From Tubiluchus corallicola (taxonomy: Eukaryota > Animalia > Priapulida), in contig JAQGDQ010000493.1 of assembly GCA_030141605.1 (NCBI GenBank), forward strand, positions 101,236-165,235: a DNA stretch of 64,000 bases, in the 5' to 3' direction. Positions 1-14,020 of the stretch are shown here, piece after piece. A program made the position numbers and the translations under genes. Positions within the stretch are counted from its first letter, which is position 1. Each line of letters starts with the position of its first letter. Under the pieces are notes generated by a model. The model did no database searches. It saw only the letters and a list, made by a program, of their open reading frames with translations, and was not told the DNA's origin.

Positions 1-243
1 CTAATCATTTTATGTCTGTAGGCCTAGGCCTAAATTTTAGTATATGTGGAGCATGGAAATCACTTTCCATAAATCCATCAAAATACTAAACCATTCACCA
101 CTGAATACGTCCACATGTATGCTACGAAAATAAGAGTGGGTGAGTGAAGGTTTAACGAAATCAGCTGCACAATCATCAAGTGTCATATACACCATATTAA
201 CTGAGAAATTTGCTGTTTGGTAATTTGTTTATTTCTGGACTGA

Positions 244-579
244 GACTGTTACAAAACTCTATAAAAGAATTTATCAAAATGAACAAATTACGAAAATAAT
301 TCTAGAGTTACAAAATGATTCTACACAACAAACAAAAACAAACAATTAAATACTTGTTTGTTTTTATAATACTAAACAAAAACAATGTTTCAAAACTGGA
401 GATAAGTTCGGTGCTAGCTTGCTCATTACTATAGACTGGGATTATTACAATACGCTACAAAAGAATTTATCAAAATGAATTAATCATGAAAATATTTTTG
501 AGAAAGATGTTACACGACTAGCAAAAACAAACAACTATACAAAACGCCTACGAAATAAAAACTGTGGATAAGTTCGGTG
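244..579 (+). repeat. Diverged tandem duplication (about 150-190 bp unit)
   Basis: aaaagaatttatcaaaatgaa, caaaaacaaacaa and gataagttcggtg each occur twice in the same order. Confidence 0.75.
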
Positions 580-732
580 AACAAACTAAACGTGCAATTT
601 CTGCTCCAACAAACAGTTCCTCTAACGGTAATTTACTTGGTGACCTTCTGACAGATTTTGTACAGTTGCACACGCTCAAGTATCCACTGTTGCATAGTGT
701 GGCTTGCAGTTAAAATTTTTAAATGCGTTAAT

Positions 733-760
733 TGTTATTGTTGTTGTTGTTGTTGTTGTT
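733..760. repeat. (TTG)n microsatellite
   Basis: Directly visible. Confidence 0.9.
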
Positions 761-3552
761 ACTTTATACAAAAAAATTCCGATCAAAGGATTACTGAACA
801 GCCTCCTCCTCCCCCACGCTTTTCTCATTAAAGCAACCTTGGCATACTTAAGCCTGCGTTGATAAATCTTCTAAATAAAGTGAATATTTTCAAAGTTTAT
901 CTGTGTCTCTACAGCTCTTTCTCTCACCTTTCTGTTTTGCTCTACTTGCATCATGCAAACGGTATTTTCGGTTTCAAAGTCGATTTGTGCGAGCAAGTGG
1001 GAACTGGAAACGCGTTAGTGGCAAAATTTCGTGACACACGTTATTGCTTTTATACTCGCCAAATTTATCTATTTTATTTATAACCGTCCAGTTTCTGTGT
1101 AAAAAAAGGGCCCGGCTGGGTACACCTGTGACCTTACGCTTCTACAACAAAGAACTTCTGACATGCGCGAACGTCGACGTGGTGTTTTTATACAAGCAGC
1201 GACACGAAAAGCGATCACAATTAAATTGGCAAAAAGTAAATTTCTTCTGGTATTTAATGCGCTATAAAATATTTCACCGCTCGTTTTATTTGAGGATCAT
1301 TTATATTTTGTTTTCTTAGTGTTTGAGATAAATCTCTGCAAGTGTACAATGTACTTTATCCATAAATCTACCATTGTTCCACATAGCAGATGTACTGAAA
1401 AGTATTTACGCATAAAAGTAATTACTACTGAAAAGTTTTTATACTGTATATTATAGTATGCGAAAAATGTCATAATATTTATTTACCATTTTGTGGCCAC
1501 ATTTAATTTAAAATTCGACATTAAAATGCATAGTTAAAAATCATTTATAGCACGCTATAAAAATTTTTGAAATTTCGAAATGGACAATCTATTTTCTATT
1601 ACGCCAATTAAGTACAATAAATGTATACAGCACACTTCTACTTTCATATTTAAACTTCGTATTTCATGCTCTTCATTGTTTAGTAACTATGTTTTCATTG
1701 TTCAGTTTCGTATAATATGGTATAAAATAATCCAACTATGTTTCTCAAAATGATGTCTAAAGAATAAATGTTATGTATGCTGTAGCTAGAGAAATGTACA
1801 TTGAAAAGAAATAACCTTTTTAATACCTCTTTACGATATTCGTTTTTCGGACGCATTTAGCCTCGAGTAAAATTTTATCATTTTTATCGGCCACAATAGT
1901 TATTGTTGCATACAGTCTAAGCATCAATTGATTGTTAGAAAGAAATAAACAAAATTGAGTCTTAGTCGACTGTACAAATCTAAACGTATTGTACTAACTA
2001 AATGATTAAAATTACAACAAAAACAAAGAACACAGAAACAAAGCAAAAATAAATACAAATATATCTGTTGAAGATGCTTATGAATTTATTTGAACCACCT
2101 CCAATACAAAATTGATAAAAATACAGTAGTGACCAACAGAACAATAAGACACCATATAACTACAGACAGTCTAAGAACTATGTTTGCGCAGTCATTTAAA
2201 ATTAGGCTAAATGTCTTTTTGATTTTGTTAATCCTACAGCACAAAGAAAATCCCTGAGTGTTTGGAGAGGTTTTAGAAGATAATCATTTTGTTTTGTGTT
2301 GGAAATTATACACCCTTTACTGGTGTAATAATAACAACTGCACTTAAAGGGTTGATAACTGCAAAGGTAGGGCAACGTTGACAAGTTATTATTAGAAAAG
2401 TTTTGTGTTGTCGCGTGAATGTTTCTTTTCAAGAACAATTACTTTCAAACAAATAGGTTTGGCCTCTGATAAAATAAGTGTTATTCTGTGCATGTCGTTC
2501 TTCAATTGTTCATCCATAAATAATTCGTTTTTTTGGAAATACGTCACATTAAACACATAAATGTAATAAATAAAACAATAATCTCTCTTGTCAGCCAACA
2601 CTTAAGGCGTCGGATGACGTCACCATTTATTGCATGCATTTTTGTACCAAAAGAAAAATTCGTGTTGTGAAAAGATGCAAATGCATCCAAACATGGCTAT
2701 GTCATCTCCTCTGATTCATCTTAGAATGTTACCCTTGGTAAAGTGCTAGATTCTGGTACTGCTACAATTCAGCACTGTGTAAAAAGGACTACATGCACAA
2801 ACAAAAGCTCTCGCTATAGTTTCCTATACCTGAGGGCAAAAAAGCTTACTAGCCATGTAGCTCTGTTATTTCAAGTAATACAGTATAAGCTCATTGCAGT
2901 TTCACAGATTAACTCGAATGTCTTAAATCTGTCGGACCAGAAGTGTAATCTAGCAGCTTTATAAATGTGTATGGTCAGCGATTTTGTGTGATAATTTAAC
3001 AAATACGCGTTTCGGCTGTGTGGAATATTTGTACACAAAAGAAAGAGGGGTTAACGACTGAAAATCTTGTTTAAAAATTGGAACAGCCGTGTGGGATTAA
3101 ATCGATTGCAAACAGTGCTCATTTCAAGCTAGTTTTAATTTAAAACTCCAATTTATTCTCGTCCACAGTAGCTGTACAAGTGGTCGAAATGTGGACTAAC
3201 GATACGGTTTTAATGCATCTGTGTAAAAATAAATTTCCATCTACCTAAAAGCATCTGTCTATCTGGACTGATAGATCGGGCCATGTTAAAATAAAGGCCA
3301 AGTCTTCTGCAAAGTTAGGCTTATTTCAGTAATCGCGAAAAATGTTAAAAGGATTTAGTAATAAAACTGAGATAAGCGCTTCGTAATTAGTGAAATCATT
3401 TCAAAGTTGCAATCATTTCACTCTTGGCGCTCCCATTTTGAATGTACATTCTTTCACCAATAACGTTATTCGTCGACTGAAGAAAATCACCCCACAATCA
3501 TTTTCCGTCAAAGTAAACTGTAATAAGTTAGTAAACTTTAGGCTCCTGTCAG

Positions 3553-3946
3553 TAGGGCTCGATTACCCTATAGGCTAGTACAGGTTGCAGCATAGGGATC
3601 CTCAAACTGTTCCCTTCCATACTTTGCATTGCTGACTTTAAAAAGGAAGCCAGGAAGTCTGAAAATCCAATTTCAAAGTGGTTCCTCATTTGAGATAAAG
3701 GATCTCTGTTTGCAGTCTTTCATTACAAACAAAGGACCTTTGTGTGAGGCTTTTTATTTGAGATAAAGGTCCTCTTTGAAGCCCTTTGTTTGAAATATGG
3801 AGCCCCAACTATGCAAATATTGCAAAAATATATCACAAGTAAAAAGTATTTGAGACGAGTGCGAGTGCAAATTAGAGGGTAGCTCCGTCTAAGGGGCTCC
3901 ATAATTTAATTAGCCTAGGGGCCCCAGAAGGTCATAACCGGCCCTG
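3553..3946. mobile_element. hAT-type MITE, subfamily A
   Basis: Termini tagggctcgatta...taaccggccctg; exact 8-bp TSD cctgtcag (3545-3552 and 3947-3954); internal short repeats tttgagataaagg. Confidence 0.9.
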
Positions 3947-6115
3947 CCTGTCAGTGTTGACTAATGGAAACGGCAACGAAAACGACAGCACAGGTTAATC
4001 CTGAACACTAAAAAAAAAGCATGAAGTTATGGGCAAATGAAGCCCCGTTTACAAATACGGGTGTTTAATTGTTCAAAGCTGACGTAAACGATGAATGAAG
4101 TCAATAAACTTTATTTTAGATGGTAAAATTGATATTTCATAAACTGGAACAGCTTAAACAGCAGATTATAGTTAAGCCACTGTGTGTTTATAATGTTTAT
4201 AATGAATTTTACCACATAAAAGCAAGTTTTTATCAGTCTTAATCACATCTGAAGCGACTTTATCCCACTTATTTGAACGATAGCCAGTCTGTCTATTAAA
4301 ATTATTATTGTTTGAAAAGTTTTCAACTCTACTGCTTGAATAATGTAAGTTTGGGTTTTAAATCTATACTAAAGACAGATATAATATAATTTCACTATTG
4401 CAGTGGGAATAGTAACAGTTAGATACATGTAGGAAGTAATAAAATTTACAAAGCAATAAACACTGCCTGTAAAACAATTTTGACAAAAAATTTTTTAATC
4501 AGGGCCACGAAAGTAACAAGTTAATAATTACCTGCTTCCTTCGCAGTGCCCGTTGCTGGAAAAATGTGAATGCAGGCCTACATCCGCCAAAAAAGTGCTA
4601 AACTCATATTATTATCATTTTAATAGGGTGCTGAAGGTATTTCTATTTAGCGATAAGTCAAGTGAACGGCTGAACGCTGCCCTATGAAACCATAATGCTA
4701 ACAGTTGCTAGTCCCCATATTCTTTCTTCATGATGTCAAACGACACGTGAACGCGTGCGCTATACACGATTAAACCCACCACAGCCAAATATGAATGCAG
4801 CCTTAGACGTGAGAAATGTGGAGGAAGCGCTAAGGCAATCATTGCATAAGAATGTTCTGCAAGAGTTTATAAAATTTGTAACACCTTTATTATTTATTGC
4901 GAATAAAGTCAGTTGAATTTCAAGCTATCAATACTAACACTGAAAAAGTGACCACGTAATAGAAGTGCCCCTGACATAAAGGTAACCAATTGACCACGTG
5001 GACAAGCTAGAGCAAAACAAATGTGATAAAATATCACGTTTTACATACGATATATAATTCCAGCAAAACTGTCTTGAAGGTTACGGCGCGCCTCAAGTGT
5101 CAAGGAATTCGTTATTACGGTGTTTCGAGAGTGATCAAATGCCATTATCCAATTAACTCGATTCGATAAATCCTTAACAAAAGTTTAACAGCGAGCAGAG
5201 AGCAAGAACCGAACATGTCAGAATCGGCCACAAGGCACTTTTAAGTAATCTGAATAATGACTTGCCCATTCGAACATTATTACATCTCCATTCTTGGCTG
5301 ATGGAACCTTGACCACCAACATGTACAGTGGTTAATTCCGTTTAGTGGTTTTCCGTTTGGTCCATGTAAAATTGCGAGAAAGGACGTAAGAAATTGCTTT
5401 CACATATTAACCGAAAAGATTTCCCACAATTAGAAAAGTGCAAACAAGAGTACAACACAATATTTGAAAGCAAATGTTTAGTATGGGCTCAACAGGCTGC
5501 ACGCCAAGGAAGTAAAGAGAATGGCAAATGGCTGAATTGATTGCACTTATCCACTAAGGTAAAGCCCAGATACGTAGGTGCGTTAATTGTGTACGCGATG
5601 CACAACCTTGAACTTGTCCATGGGAACTATTTGCGGAATTAATGCACTTCCTTGTAAGATGGCGAGTGTTCAACCAAACATGTTTGACAATCATACAATT
5701 ATAATGGCAAGAAGTTTAGTGCTCGTAGTTATATTCATGGTCAAGACTTTCGGTTAATCCCTCGCCATCAAATGGCACATAAGAGGACATTAATGCAAAA
5801 CTTCGTGCGCGTGGCTTTTCACTTTCGTGCCAGACCTTGAACGACCTTGCATGCGCCAAAGCGAAAGCACTTAGCAGGTGCTTAAGAGTTCTTAGGAGTT
5901 CGCAAAACTCTTTTACTTAATTTAGAGCTTATTTTCTTTTACATCAGTTTAACTTCCGGGCAATACAGATCTACAGAACCGACGAAAGCGAATGCAATTT
6001 CAACCAAAACAGCAATCCTAGAGTTCGTTCAGAATAACTGGAAGCTCTCGTCAAATTCAATGTGAATTCAAAATCATGGATAACAACACTGTTCAAAAGA
6101 CCGTAATCATATGAC

Positions 6116-6500
6116 CAAGGCCGGATTATCCTATAGGCTAGTATAGGCTGCAACTTAGGGCCTTCAGCTTGGGGGTGGGGGCTCAAGCATAGGTAGCATT
6201 TGGTATAAAATCTGTTTTTTCACTACGGATGTGTTGAAATATGTGCTAATTTGGTTTGCAATAAATAGTAAAATAGTGTTATTTCTTAAAGAATATTTTA
6301 TTAACAAACAAAAGATAACTATTCTGGTTTATTTAAAGAACTTGCAATAAGTTTACTCCAAGCTATGTAAATGTCGCTAAAATATATCACCAGGAAAAAA
6401 TATTCAAGACGGGTGTGAACAAGTTATAGGGTGGCTCTCTCTGAGGGTACCCAAAAATTTCATTAGCCTAGGGGCCCCAAAAGGTAATAATCCGACCCTG
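6116..6500. mobile_element. hAT-type MITE, subfamily B
   Basis: Termini caaggccggatta...taatccgaccctg; exact 8-bp TSD catatgac (6108-6115 and 6501-6508). Confidence 0.92.
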
Positions 6501-7519
6501 CATATGACATATGAGTAATGGCATATTACAATATTAATATGTTTACGTTTGTCAATTTGAAATGTAAATATTAATCACTTGATGTACAAATTTTTTAAAC
6601 TGTGTTGTCCAAAGATTCAAAATTACCAGAAATTATGAGAACATTTCCTGAAATTCTGAATTGGGTTCTCTTTTAACGCGCCTCTTTCAAATATATCCTC
6701 GTTCAGGTGAAAACTAGTTATCAAACTTTTACCTGAGTGAATTGGAGAGTCTGTCAACACGCTAATGGATGCCTCAAATCAAATATTGATTTTTACACGA
6801 GCGGTGAAAGCTACGCCCCTTGTCTGTGGGTTCCCGCGCGCAAAACGCATTCAATATCCAAATTTGCGAGGTAACAATAGTGCTGCCACTGCACCAGAAA
6901 AGCACCAGAAAAGGCATTGTCATCCATTGAACTTTTGGCTCACCCTACACAGAAATACAGCATCACAAGGGAAATCAAAGTTTGTAGTCTGAAAAATGAA
7001 AGAGTTAGTTAGACCTAAAGCAGGAAACCGAGTTTATTTTCAAAGACAATATTGACATTTTCTAAAAATTCATGTCAACAAGGCAAATATACTGTTCCCT
7101 TCTGAATCAACGATCGGATTGAAAACCACCCCAATCAAAGACTTCTGCTTGAGTTAAAATAACTAGCCAACAGTACATGACCAGCATGAAAATGAACTAT
7201 TGTCAGTGGTTGAATGTCAAAGAAAAGCAGAAATCGTTCTTACTATAGTGTGAAATGAGTTAATAGTTGCATGTTGCATTGTACTTTTCACAAACATTCG
7301 ATAATAAAGCCGTAAACATAACATGAAAGAAAAACCGGAATTATTGTAAGAATGTTTCATTTATGACCATTTTTGATGCCGCTAATTGATTTTTTCCGAC
7401 ACTCAAACAGCAGCATAAAATTCTTGCACATATTTCATATTTATTAGTGCCAAAAACATACAATATAAGAAAACACAAGACATACATACAATTTCTATTT
7501 CGAAATGTAGTAACAAAAC

Positions 7520-7960
7520 AGACAAACAAAACATTTACTGTTCAACATGTCTTAAAACACTTTTTCAACATAAACAATAAATGCCTAAATTACTTCTAAA
7601 TAATTACTTCATATCGAGAATAAAAATCTATAAGCATCGCTCATAAGGAAAAATATTGGTATAGTTACACTGACGTGATTATGTAATTTTCCTCTAAGAT
7701 CATTGTGATATGAGCATTTCATAACAATGTGTAATTCGTCTTCGATATCATTTCTTAAGCAATATGTGCACATGCAATTCTCAGCCGGGATTTTTCTAGG
7801 TTTAACGTACCTCCCTCTCTCAATACACAAAGTATGAGAGCTGATTCTCAGTTTTGTAAATTTTGTTATAGCATATTTGGAATAACCAGAAATCGTAAAA
7901 CCAGAACGCATATTTGGAATAACCATATAATCGTAATCAAAATCTGACGTTTTTTTAACA
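7520..7960 (-). mobile_element. 3' fragment of a non-LTR retrotransposon (CCHC region, RTEX-like)
   Basis: KLRISSHTLCIERGRY...CTYC...EDELHIVMKC motif. Confidence 0.75.
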
Positions 7961-8501
7961 CACACAACGGGCTAACACCTTGTAAAGTAGAGAAAGCATA
8001 CCAGAAGTGTTATTAAATATTTATAGTAAGTTAACGCGGTCGGCGGTTAACAAACAACTAAACTTTCTAAAGCCGCACTCATACTTTCAGGTAAAGCGGC
8101 ACGATGTCGACATTGGGAACCTTGAACACCAAAGGTGACACAAATGTTCCGAACACAAACGCTGCTGTTCTTATAGTTCTTATACAAGGAAATGAACTCA
8201 TCCAAGAATCAACACAACAAACGAGTCAATCGAGTGTAAAACACGTAATTATTAGAGACCTTTCAGTTGTATTTTACACCGCTCCAAGGTGGGAAACTTG
8301 TCATCACAGCCACTAAATCGAGTGTAAATAATTTCTGCCTTTGATTCGGTTACCACTGCACAGCATATGGGGTTAGTAATACATCATTATTGCAAAGGGC
8401 AATCAGCAGTTTACAAAGGAAATCTGAGATTATTTTTAGAGAAACGGTGTCCGTTCTGGCGTTTTGTGTTTGTGATTATCAATTTGTTGTTACTACAATG
8501 G

Positions 8502-9237
8502 CAGGGCCTCCAAGAGAAATTTTGCAAGGCAGTACCAGACCCCTTTGGGACACCGAGGCAGGTAAAAAATTTTCTCAAAAATGAGGATCTGATATCCAGT
8601 AACTCCACAGTAACTCTCAGATATAACATAATGTAACAAACATATTCAATTAATGTAGCAAAATCAGTAGTTACAGTTACATTAACCAGTCACCTTTTAG
8701 GTTTTTTCATAGTGAAATGCTTTTTAAACGTTTAAAATAATTTCTTTCAAAAGACTTTTCTTAAAAAAACAAACAAACAAACAAGTTTAACATTTAACTA
8801 CAGCACTAATTAAAATGTGCTTTTCTGGCTTTTTGTTTGCACAATTTCTAGTAACACTATCAAAATAATGACAGATTCAATATGCAGTCATGCTAGATCA
8901 ACAAGTCTGGTTTGAGATATAGCAGATCTCAAATAGTTTTTGATAAGTTTGAGTTTACTAGAAGATCTTTCAGCTGTTGCTACTGTAGCTGGAATCGTCA
9001 ACAACATTCTCAAACTAATACAAACATTTGGAAATATTTCACGCAATTCATAGTTTGTTAACAAATCTAACAATTCTAGAGTTTCAGTTCTGATTTTCCA
9101 AAATTAGCATTATGTACTGCTTTCTTCTGCAAAATTTTCAACATTAAGATAAACAGGATATAGCTGTGCTAAAGCTTTTGCTTTTTTGCTGTTGGGCTCA
9201 ATAAAGTACCGGCTGAACCTTTGTCTCATAGCCCCTG
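8502..9237 (-). mobile_element. Degraded hAT transposon with transposase C-terminal dimerisation domain
   Basis: 8888-9073 reads IFPNVCISLRMLLTIPATVATAERSSSKLKLIKNYLRSAISQTRL, the hATC motif. A CAGGGCC terminus is at 8502 and a possible other end (gcccctg) at 9231-9237. Confidence 0.8.
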
Positions 9238-9899
9238 TACAGTATACAATGGTTCTCAGAACATAGTTGATAACTTGATATTGAACTCAATGTTCTCAAG
9301 ATGGACACATGAAAACCTATTATTATTTTATTCGATTTGTTGCTCAATGTGTTAATAGACAAAGGGATTGAAGGTTATTGATATCTTGTTGGCGTTAAAG
9401 GCAAAGACATCACATACCAACTTAATTAGGAAAACTCTGAAGCGCTGAACTGTGAAACTTTATTAGCGTATTTCTGAGCTACCGCAGAAAGTTGTGGGAC
9501 TAAAAGAAACCAAAATTCAGTTGAAAAAAATTTGAGCAGAACTCAAATGAACATTCAGTTACTATAATTCAACCATCTGCAGAACAGGAAAGCTAAAGAA
9601 AATGATATACACATTACTTACAAGGAATGAGAAATGGCTAAAAATGCAACCAACAAATAAAAAGAAAGAAAATAAATTTCAAGTGCACTACAGGATGACA
9701 GCTACTGCAATAGCGACAGTCGGCGACAGGCCATAGCAATTCCACTGCCAATTCCACATGTGACACACAGGATTGTATTGAAACCACATGGGTCACTTCT
9801 TGGTCAGCTAAGATTCATTTTAAACAAATCCAAGCCTTTGGCATGCCTTTCAGTTAACTTTGCTCCAAGTTAGCCAATTCTTGCAGCATCTAATGGTGA

Positions 9900-10730
9900 T
9901 GTGACAAGGATGATTGAACAGGTCTTGGTAAAACTAGAAGTCCTTTGTTCAGGCCTACACAATGGCAGTAGTAGCGTGATGGCTTGCCAGGAAGGTGACT
10001 ACTTGGGAATGTGGTTCCGCAAGAGTGACTCTATACAGGGCCTATTCAAGAGTACCATACCTACACTGAATGAGGAAATTCAATGCAAATATGAGCTAAA
10101 CATTGGAAGCTTTTAGCCCAGATCTGCACAGTGCCAGTGCGGGTAGTAGTGTGATGGCTTGCCTTTCCAGTACTCAGGTGACTACTTGAGAACCTGGTCC
10201 TGCAAGAGCGACTGGGCAGGCCTATTCAAGAATACCACTACCTATACTAAATGAGAAAATTCCACACAAATATGAGCTAAACATTGGAAGTCATTGCCTG
10301 AGGAACCGTGCCTAGTGGGTCACTCTCTCATGCAGTCAAAACTACAGGAAATTCCAAACTCTAGAAGTGATTTTCAGAACACACACAGTTTTGACCAAGG
10401 TGCTCAACCAGCTGGCTCTGAATTCAGCTTACCCAGAATGTAATGATCAGATTCTCTGACATGCCACTTAACCAGATGGACCACTTACCACATCTAGGAA
10501 GCCTTCTCTCCACAAATAAAGTTCTGAAAAAGATGTAAAGCATCAAATTGGAGTAGCTCATGTGGTCTTCGCAAAATGTGGGAAATCTGCAGAACAAGTC
10601 TTTAAGAGCGAAGGAACCAAACTCAGAAACAAAACTCCTGGTCTGTTAAGCTGTGTCGTCATTTCAACCATGCTCTGTGGCTGCAAAACTTGGACTTTCT
10701 ATCGTCATGTCAAAATGCTCCAGAAAATCT
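9900..10730 (+). mobile_element. Degraded RTE-clade LINE pieces
   Basis: 10480-10730 gives, with frameshifts, LGS...EKDVKHQIGVAH...VVISTMLCGCKTWTFYRHVKML, typical of the RTE C-terminal region. Upstream KYELNIGS resembles the start of an APE endonuclease. Confidence 0.65.
9967..10290 (+). repeat. Diverged tandem duplication of about 150 bp
   Basis: gtagtag(c/t)gtgatggcttgcc...ggtgactacttg...ggcctattcaaga...caaatatgagctaaacattggaag occurs at about 9967-10110 and 10143-10290. Confidence 0.85.
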
Positions 10731-13705
10731 AATCACTACTCCAGCTGGTTCTCAAACATACATAAGGAGAAAAAGTTGTTGAGATTTTAAAGCAATGAAA
10801 AAAGGACCAAGACAATAAGGCTAAGAAAGACACTGGAAGACAGAAAGACAGTGAAAGAGCAAGAAAGAGAAAAGAGAGAAAGAAAGAACGAGAAAGGCAG
10901 ATTAAGGTTAATTAATGTTGCAGGCCGGTGTTGCAAAATTAACTAGTGTTGCACGTGTTTGCAAAAACGAAAATTAAAATACAGTGCTACTGCACAATTC
11001 TCAGCATGATATACAAAAACGCGGTCAATTTTAAGTTTAAAATTTAAATTTCAAGTTTACCACTGTGCTCACGCATGAGCTCTCGAATGTGTGCACTACA
11101 TCACAATTGACCACCTCTGGACTGTGAGATACAGCATATATTTTTTGTGCAACACTTTTCTGAGATGCAGGCGCTAGTACCTTTCTAACAATCGAAAGGC
11201 AAAATGCAGCTAACAGGGAAGAACTAGCCACGCAAACGCGAAATTACGTTTCCATGGTAATAATTCTTTCACGTAAGTCATTCTTGAAAAAATAGTATGT
11301 TTTCTTTCAATGCTTTATTGGGTAGATTAAGATTAAGATTAGGTCCAGTTTTCCTTTAAAGAGAAACCCATCGTAACAAGTTCATAATTTTAGAAATTGT
11401 CACTTGTCAAACTGTTCAGCTTCTTCACTTATTACACTACACAAAAACGCTTGGAATCCTTGTTGTATTAAACTCAGGCAAAAAAGGATCTATTTTTAGC
11501 AGAACATGGTGTGTCGACTGCAGAGCAAATTTAAACAATTTGTCAGCAACATCTGACATATCAGAGATCACTCACTGCTCAGTTACCATAATCACATGCA
11601 TTACTCAACATTGCTGATGTTATGTAACAGCTTACAATTATTTTAAAGGACTAATAAACATAAACACTTACGTAATACTTTACAGCATCCCTACGTTTTT
11701 CAAAATCCACAATTATTGCAGACACGGGAATCGGCTTATGCTTTTCTCTAAAAAAACAAAAGAACAACTCTACAAAGCAATCACTTTATAGATATTTTGA
11801 AAATTAGGATTTATATGTATGTTTGTGATGCACCAAAATAGTTGCTTGGCTGTAACAAAAACAATAAAAATGAATAAAGCAGATTACTGTTGTAAAAATG
11901 TCTTCTAGACTACGGCATACAGTTTTGGTGCCACTAAACGAAGATTTTCGTTCGTAAAATTTCAATTTTAAGAAAAAGTAATAGAATTCGCTATAATTAT
12001 TTTGGTCTTTGGCCATTTCATAAAAATCGACTTACATTACAGAAACATAGAACTAAAATCATATGAAACAAAAAATTACATTTTAATTATGATAAGCGCA
12101 AATTAGTACAGCAGAAATAAATGTAGCATAAATCACTTAACTAAATTTAGAGCTTCTATTATCAAATTTAAACCAATGCCTGACTATAGCCCCAAAGCCT
12201 ATCCTTCGTATCTTACAACGAAAGACATAGCTTTACCTTCTTCTTGTCATCTGTACTGTTGGGAACATTGCATGGTGTGAGCTTGAAGCACTCATGTCAA
12301 AAAAACTAGCTCTCTTTCTGGGAGAATTTCAGCGAAAAGTAGGAAATAAAAACTCCATGAATGGACGCAGCCATCATTATACGCTAACAGCGCCCCCACT
12401 ATGATCAATTCTCTGTCAATATTCAGTCATGAATTCCAGGCGCCGTTCCTCGAGCAACTGACAAGAATGCATCATCATAATTTATACCCTTGACAGCCTT
12501 GTAACGTTTGTCAACACTGGTAGGTTGGACGTAAGGAACTCGATTGATTTTTAATTAACTTTTTGTGTATGCTGTTGACATGTTATGGCAAAAACTACCG
12601 TTGAAACTGCTAGTAAAGCTAGATAAATCTAAAACTATACTATGCCACACAGTTCACGCCTCCACCTCGTAATCTGCATTGGGAATGAAGCAACTTTTTC
12701 GGTAAAATTTATTTCAAATGTGTACTTTTTGTATGGCTACTTAATCTTTAACACTTCCAAGTTCCTCACTTGGCAATAAAACTTTGATATAATTATCTTG
12801 ATGTTAGAATTATAGGTTTAGTTGGAAATGAAAGGACATCGATCTCACCTGCTTTTTCGGAAAATTAACAATTATGTCATGTTTACCTCAAGCAAAACAA
12901 TGCAGTTAAATTAGAAAATACAGAGGCTGTTCATCCCGATGATCTATTGTAGTCTAAACAACTGACATACCCTAATAAACCCACTGGATGCCCTAATCAA
13001 TTCCCTATTAAAAATAATTCTGTGATGTCATTGTCCGATCCTTATTATTATTAATATTGTTATTGATGTTGTTGTTGTTATTATTATTAGATTATTTCGC
13101 ATAAAATATACTGCTTACAAAGACAACAGGATGTTAGTAAAGCAGGTAATGGGATGTTAGTAAAATAACATATCTACATAAATTCCACATTGTAATATCC
13201 ACTCATTTCAGTTCTCTTGTAATTACAATATACGGTGTTGAAAGAATCTATAACAGGTATCTTAAAACATAATCTTTAAATGAGTTCTTTACCTTTAACT
13301 TTCCATCTTCGTTTAGATCTACATCAAATTTCACATCTTAGGAAAAAACTTACTTTAAATAAATTCGTCTTATGCTGTTGTCCAGGTTTACAGGTGAAGA
13401 AGTATCTTAGTGCTTGAGAATCGAGGATTTTCAATCAATCAGTTTGGCTCATTTCATTTTTTTCATTCCACTCACTCACTCCACTGGTCCCGCACTCTGT
13501 TTTGTCATCATCTCTTTACAGCAGCTATTCAATAGCTCTAATAAACAGGAATTATTTCCTGCATAATCAGTTTCGTCTGGCTTTTGGCAAATTGGTGTAG
13601 CGATTAATGAAAGAAGATCTCGAACTGGAAGTCAGGTTTGAAGTCCACATTTTTATGCTTATACATCAACTACAGTGTTTTTCTCTAAGCGACTAACTAT
13701 ATATC

Positions 13706-14020
13706 CAGGGCCGGATTACCCTACAGGCTAGTACGCTGCAGCCTAGGGTCCTCAAGCTTCGGTGACCCACACTTTGCATTGCTTACTTGAATCTGAAAAT
13801 CCAATTTTATAAGTGGCTCTTCATTTGAGATAAAGGATCTCTATGTGAGGCCCATTATTTGAGACAAAGGGCCCTTGTTTGATGCCCTTTTTTGAAATAA
13901 TGACCCCTCTTTGAAGTCCTTTATTTTAAATATGGGATCCCAGCTAATCAAATGTTGCTAAATATATATCACATGTAAAAAATATTCGAGACAAGTTGCA
14001 AGCAAATTAGAGGATGACTC
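13706..14020. mobile_element. hAT-type MITE, subfamily A, right end missing
   Basis: Starts cagggccggattaccctacaggctagta and is colinear with 3553-3890, including the tttgagataaagg repeats. Confidence 0.85.

Noticed and set aside
3686-3800. Regularly spaced tttgagataaagg units resembling a CRISPR array (also about 13823-13930)
   Set aside because: The spacers are similar to one another, no cas genes are present, and the units lie inside a TSD-flanked hAT MITE.
4532-4555. 24-nt micro-exon-like segment (ttttccag|QRALRRKQ|gtaatt, minus strand)
   Set aside because: No partner exons found; such sites arise by chance in 64 kb.
12236-12400. Exon-like stretch (SPRKRASFFDMS..., donor ag|gtaaag, minus strand)
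   Set aside because: No downstream exons or homology recognisable; flanking sequence looks transposon-derived.
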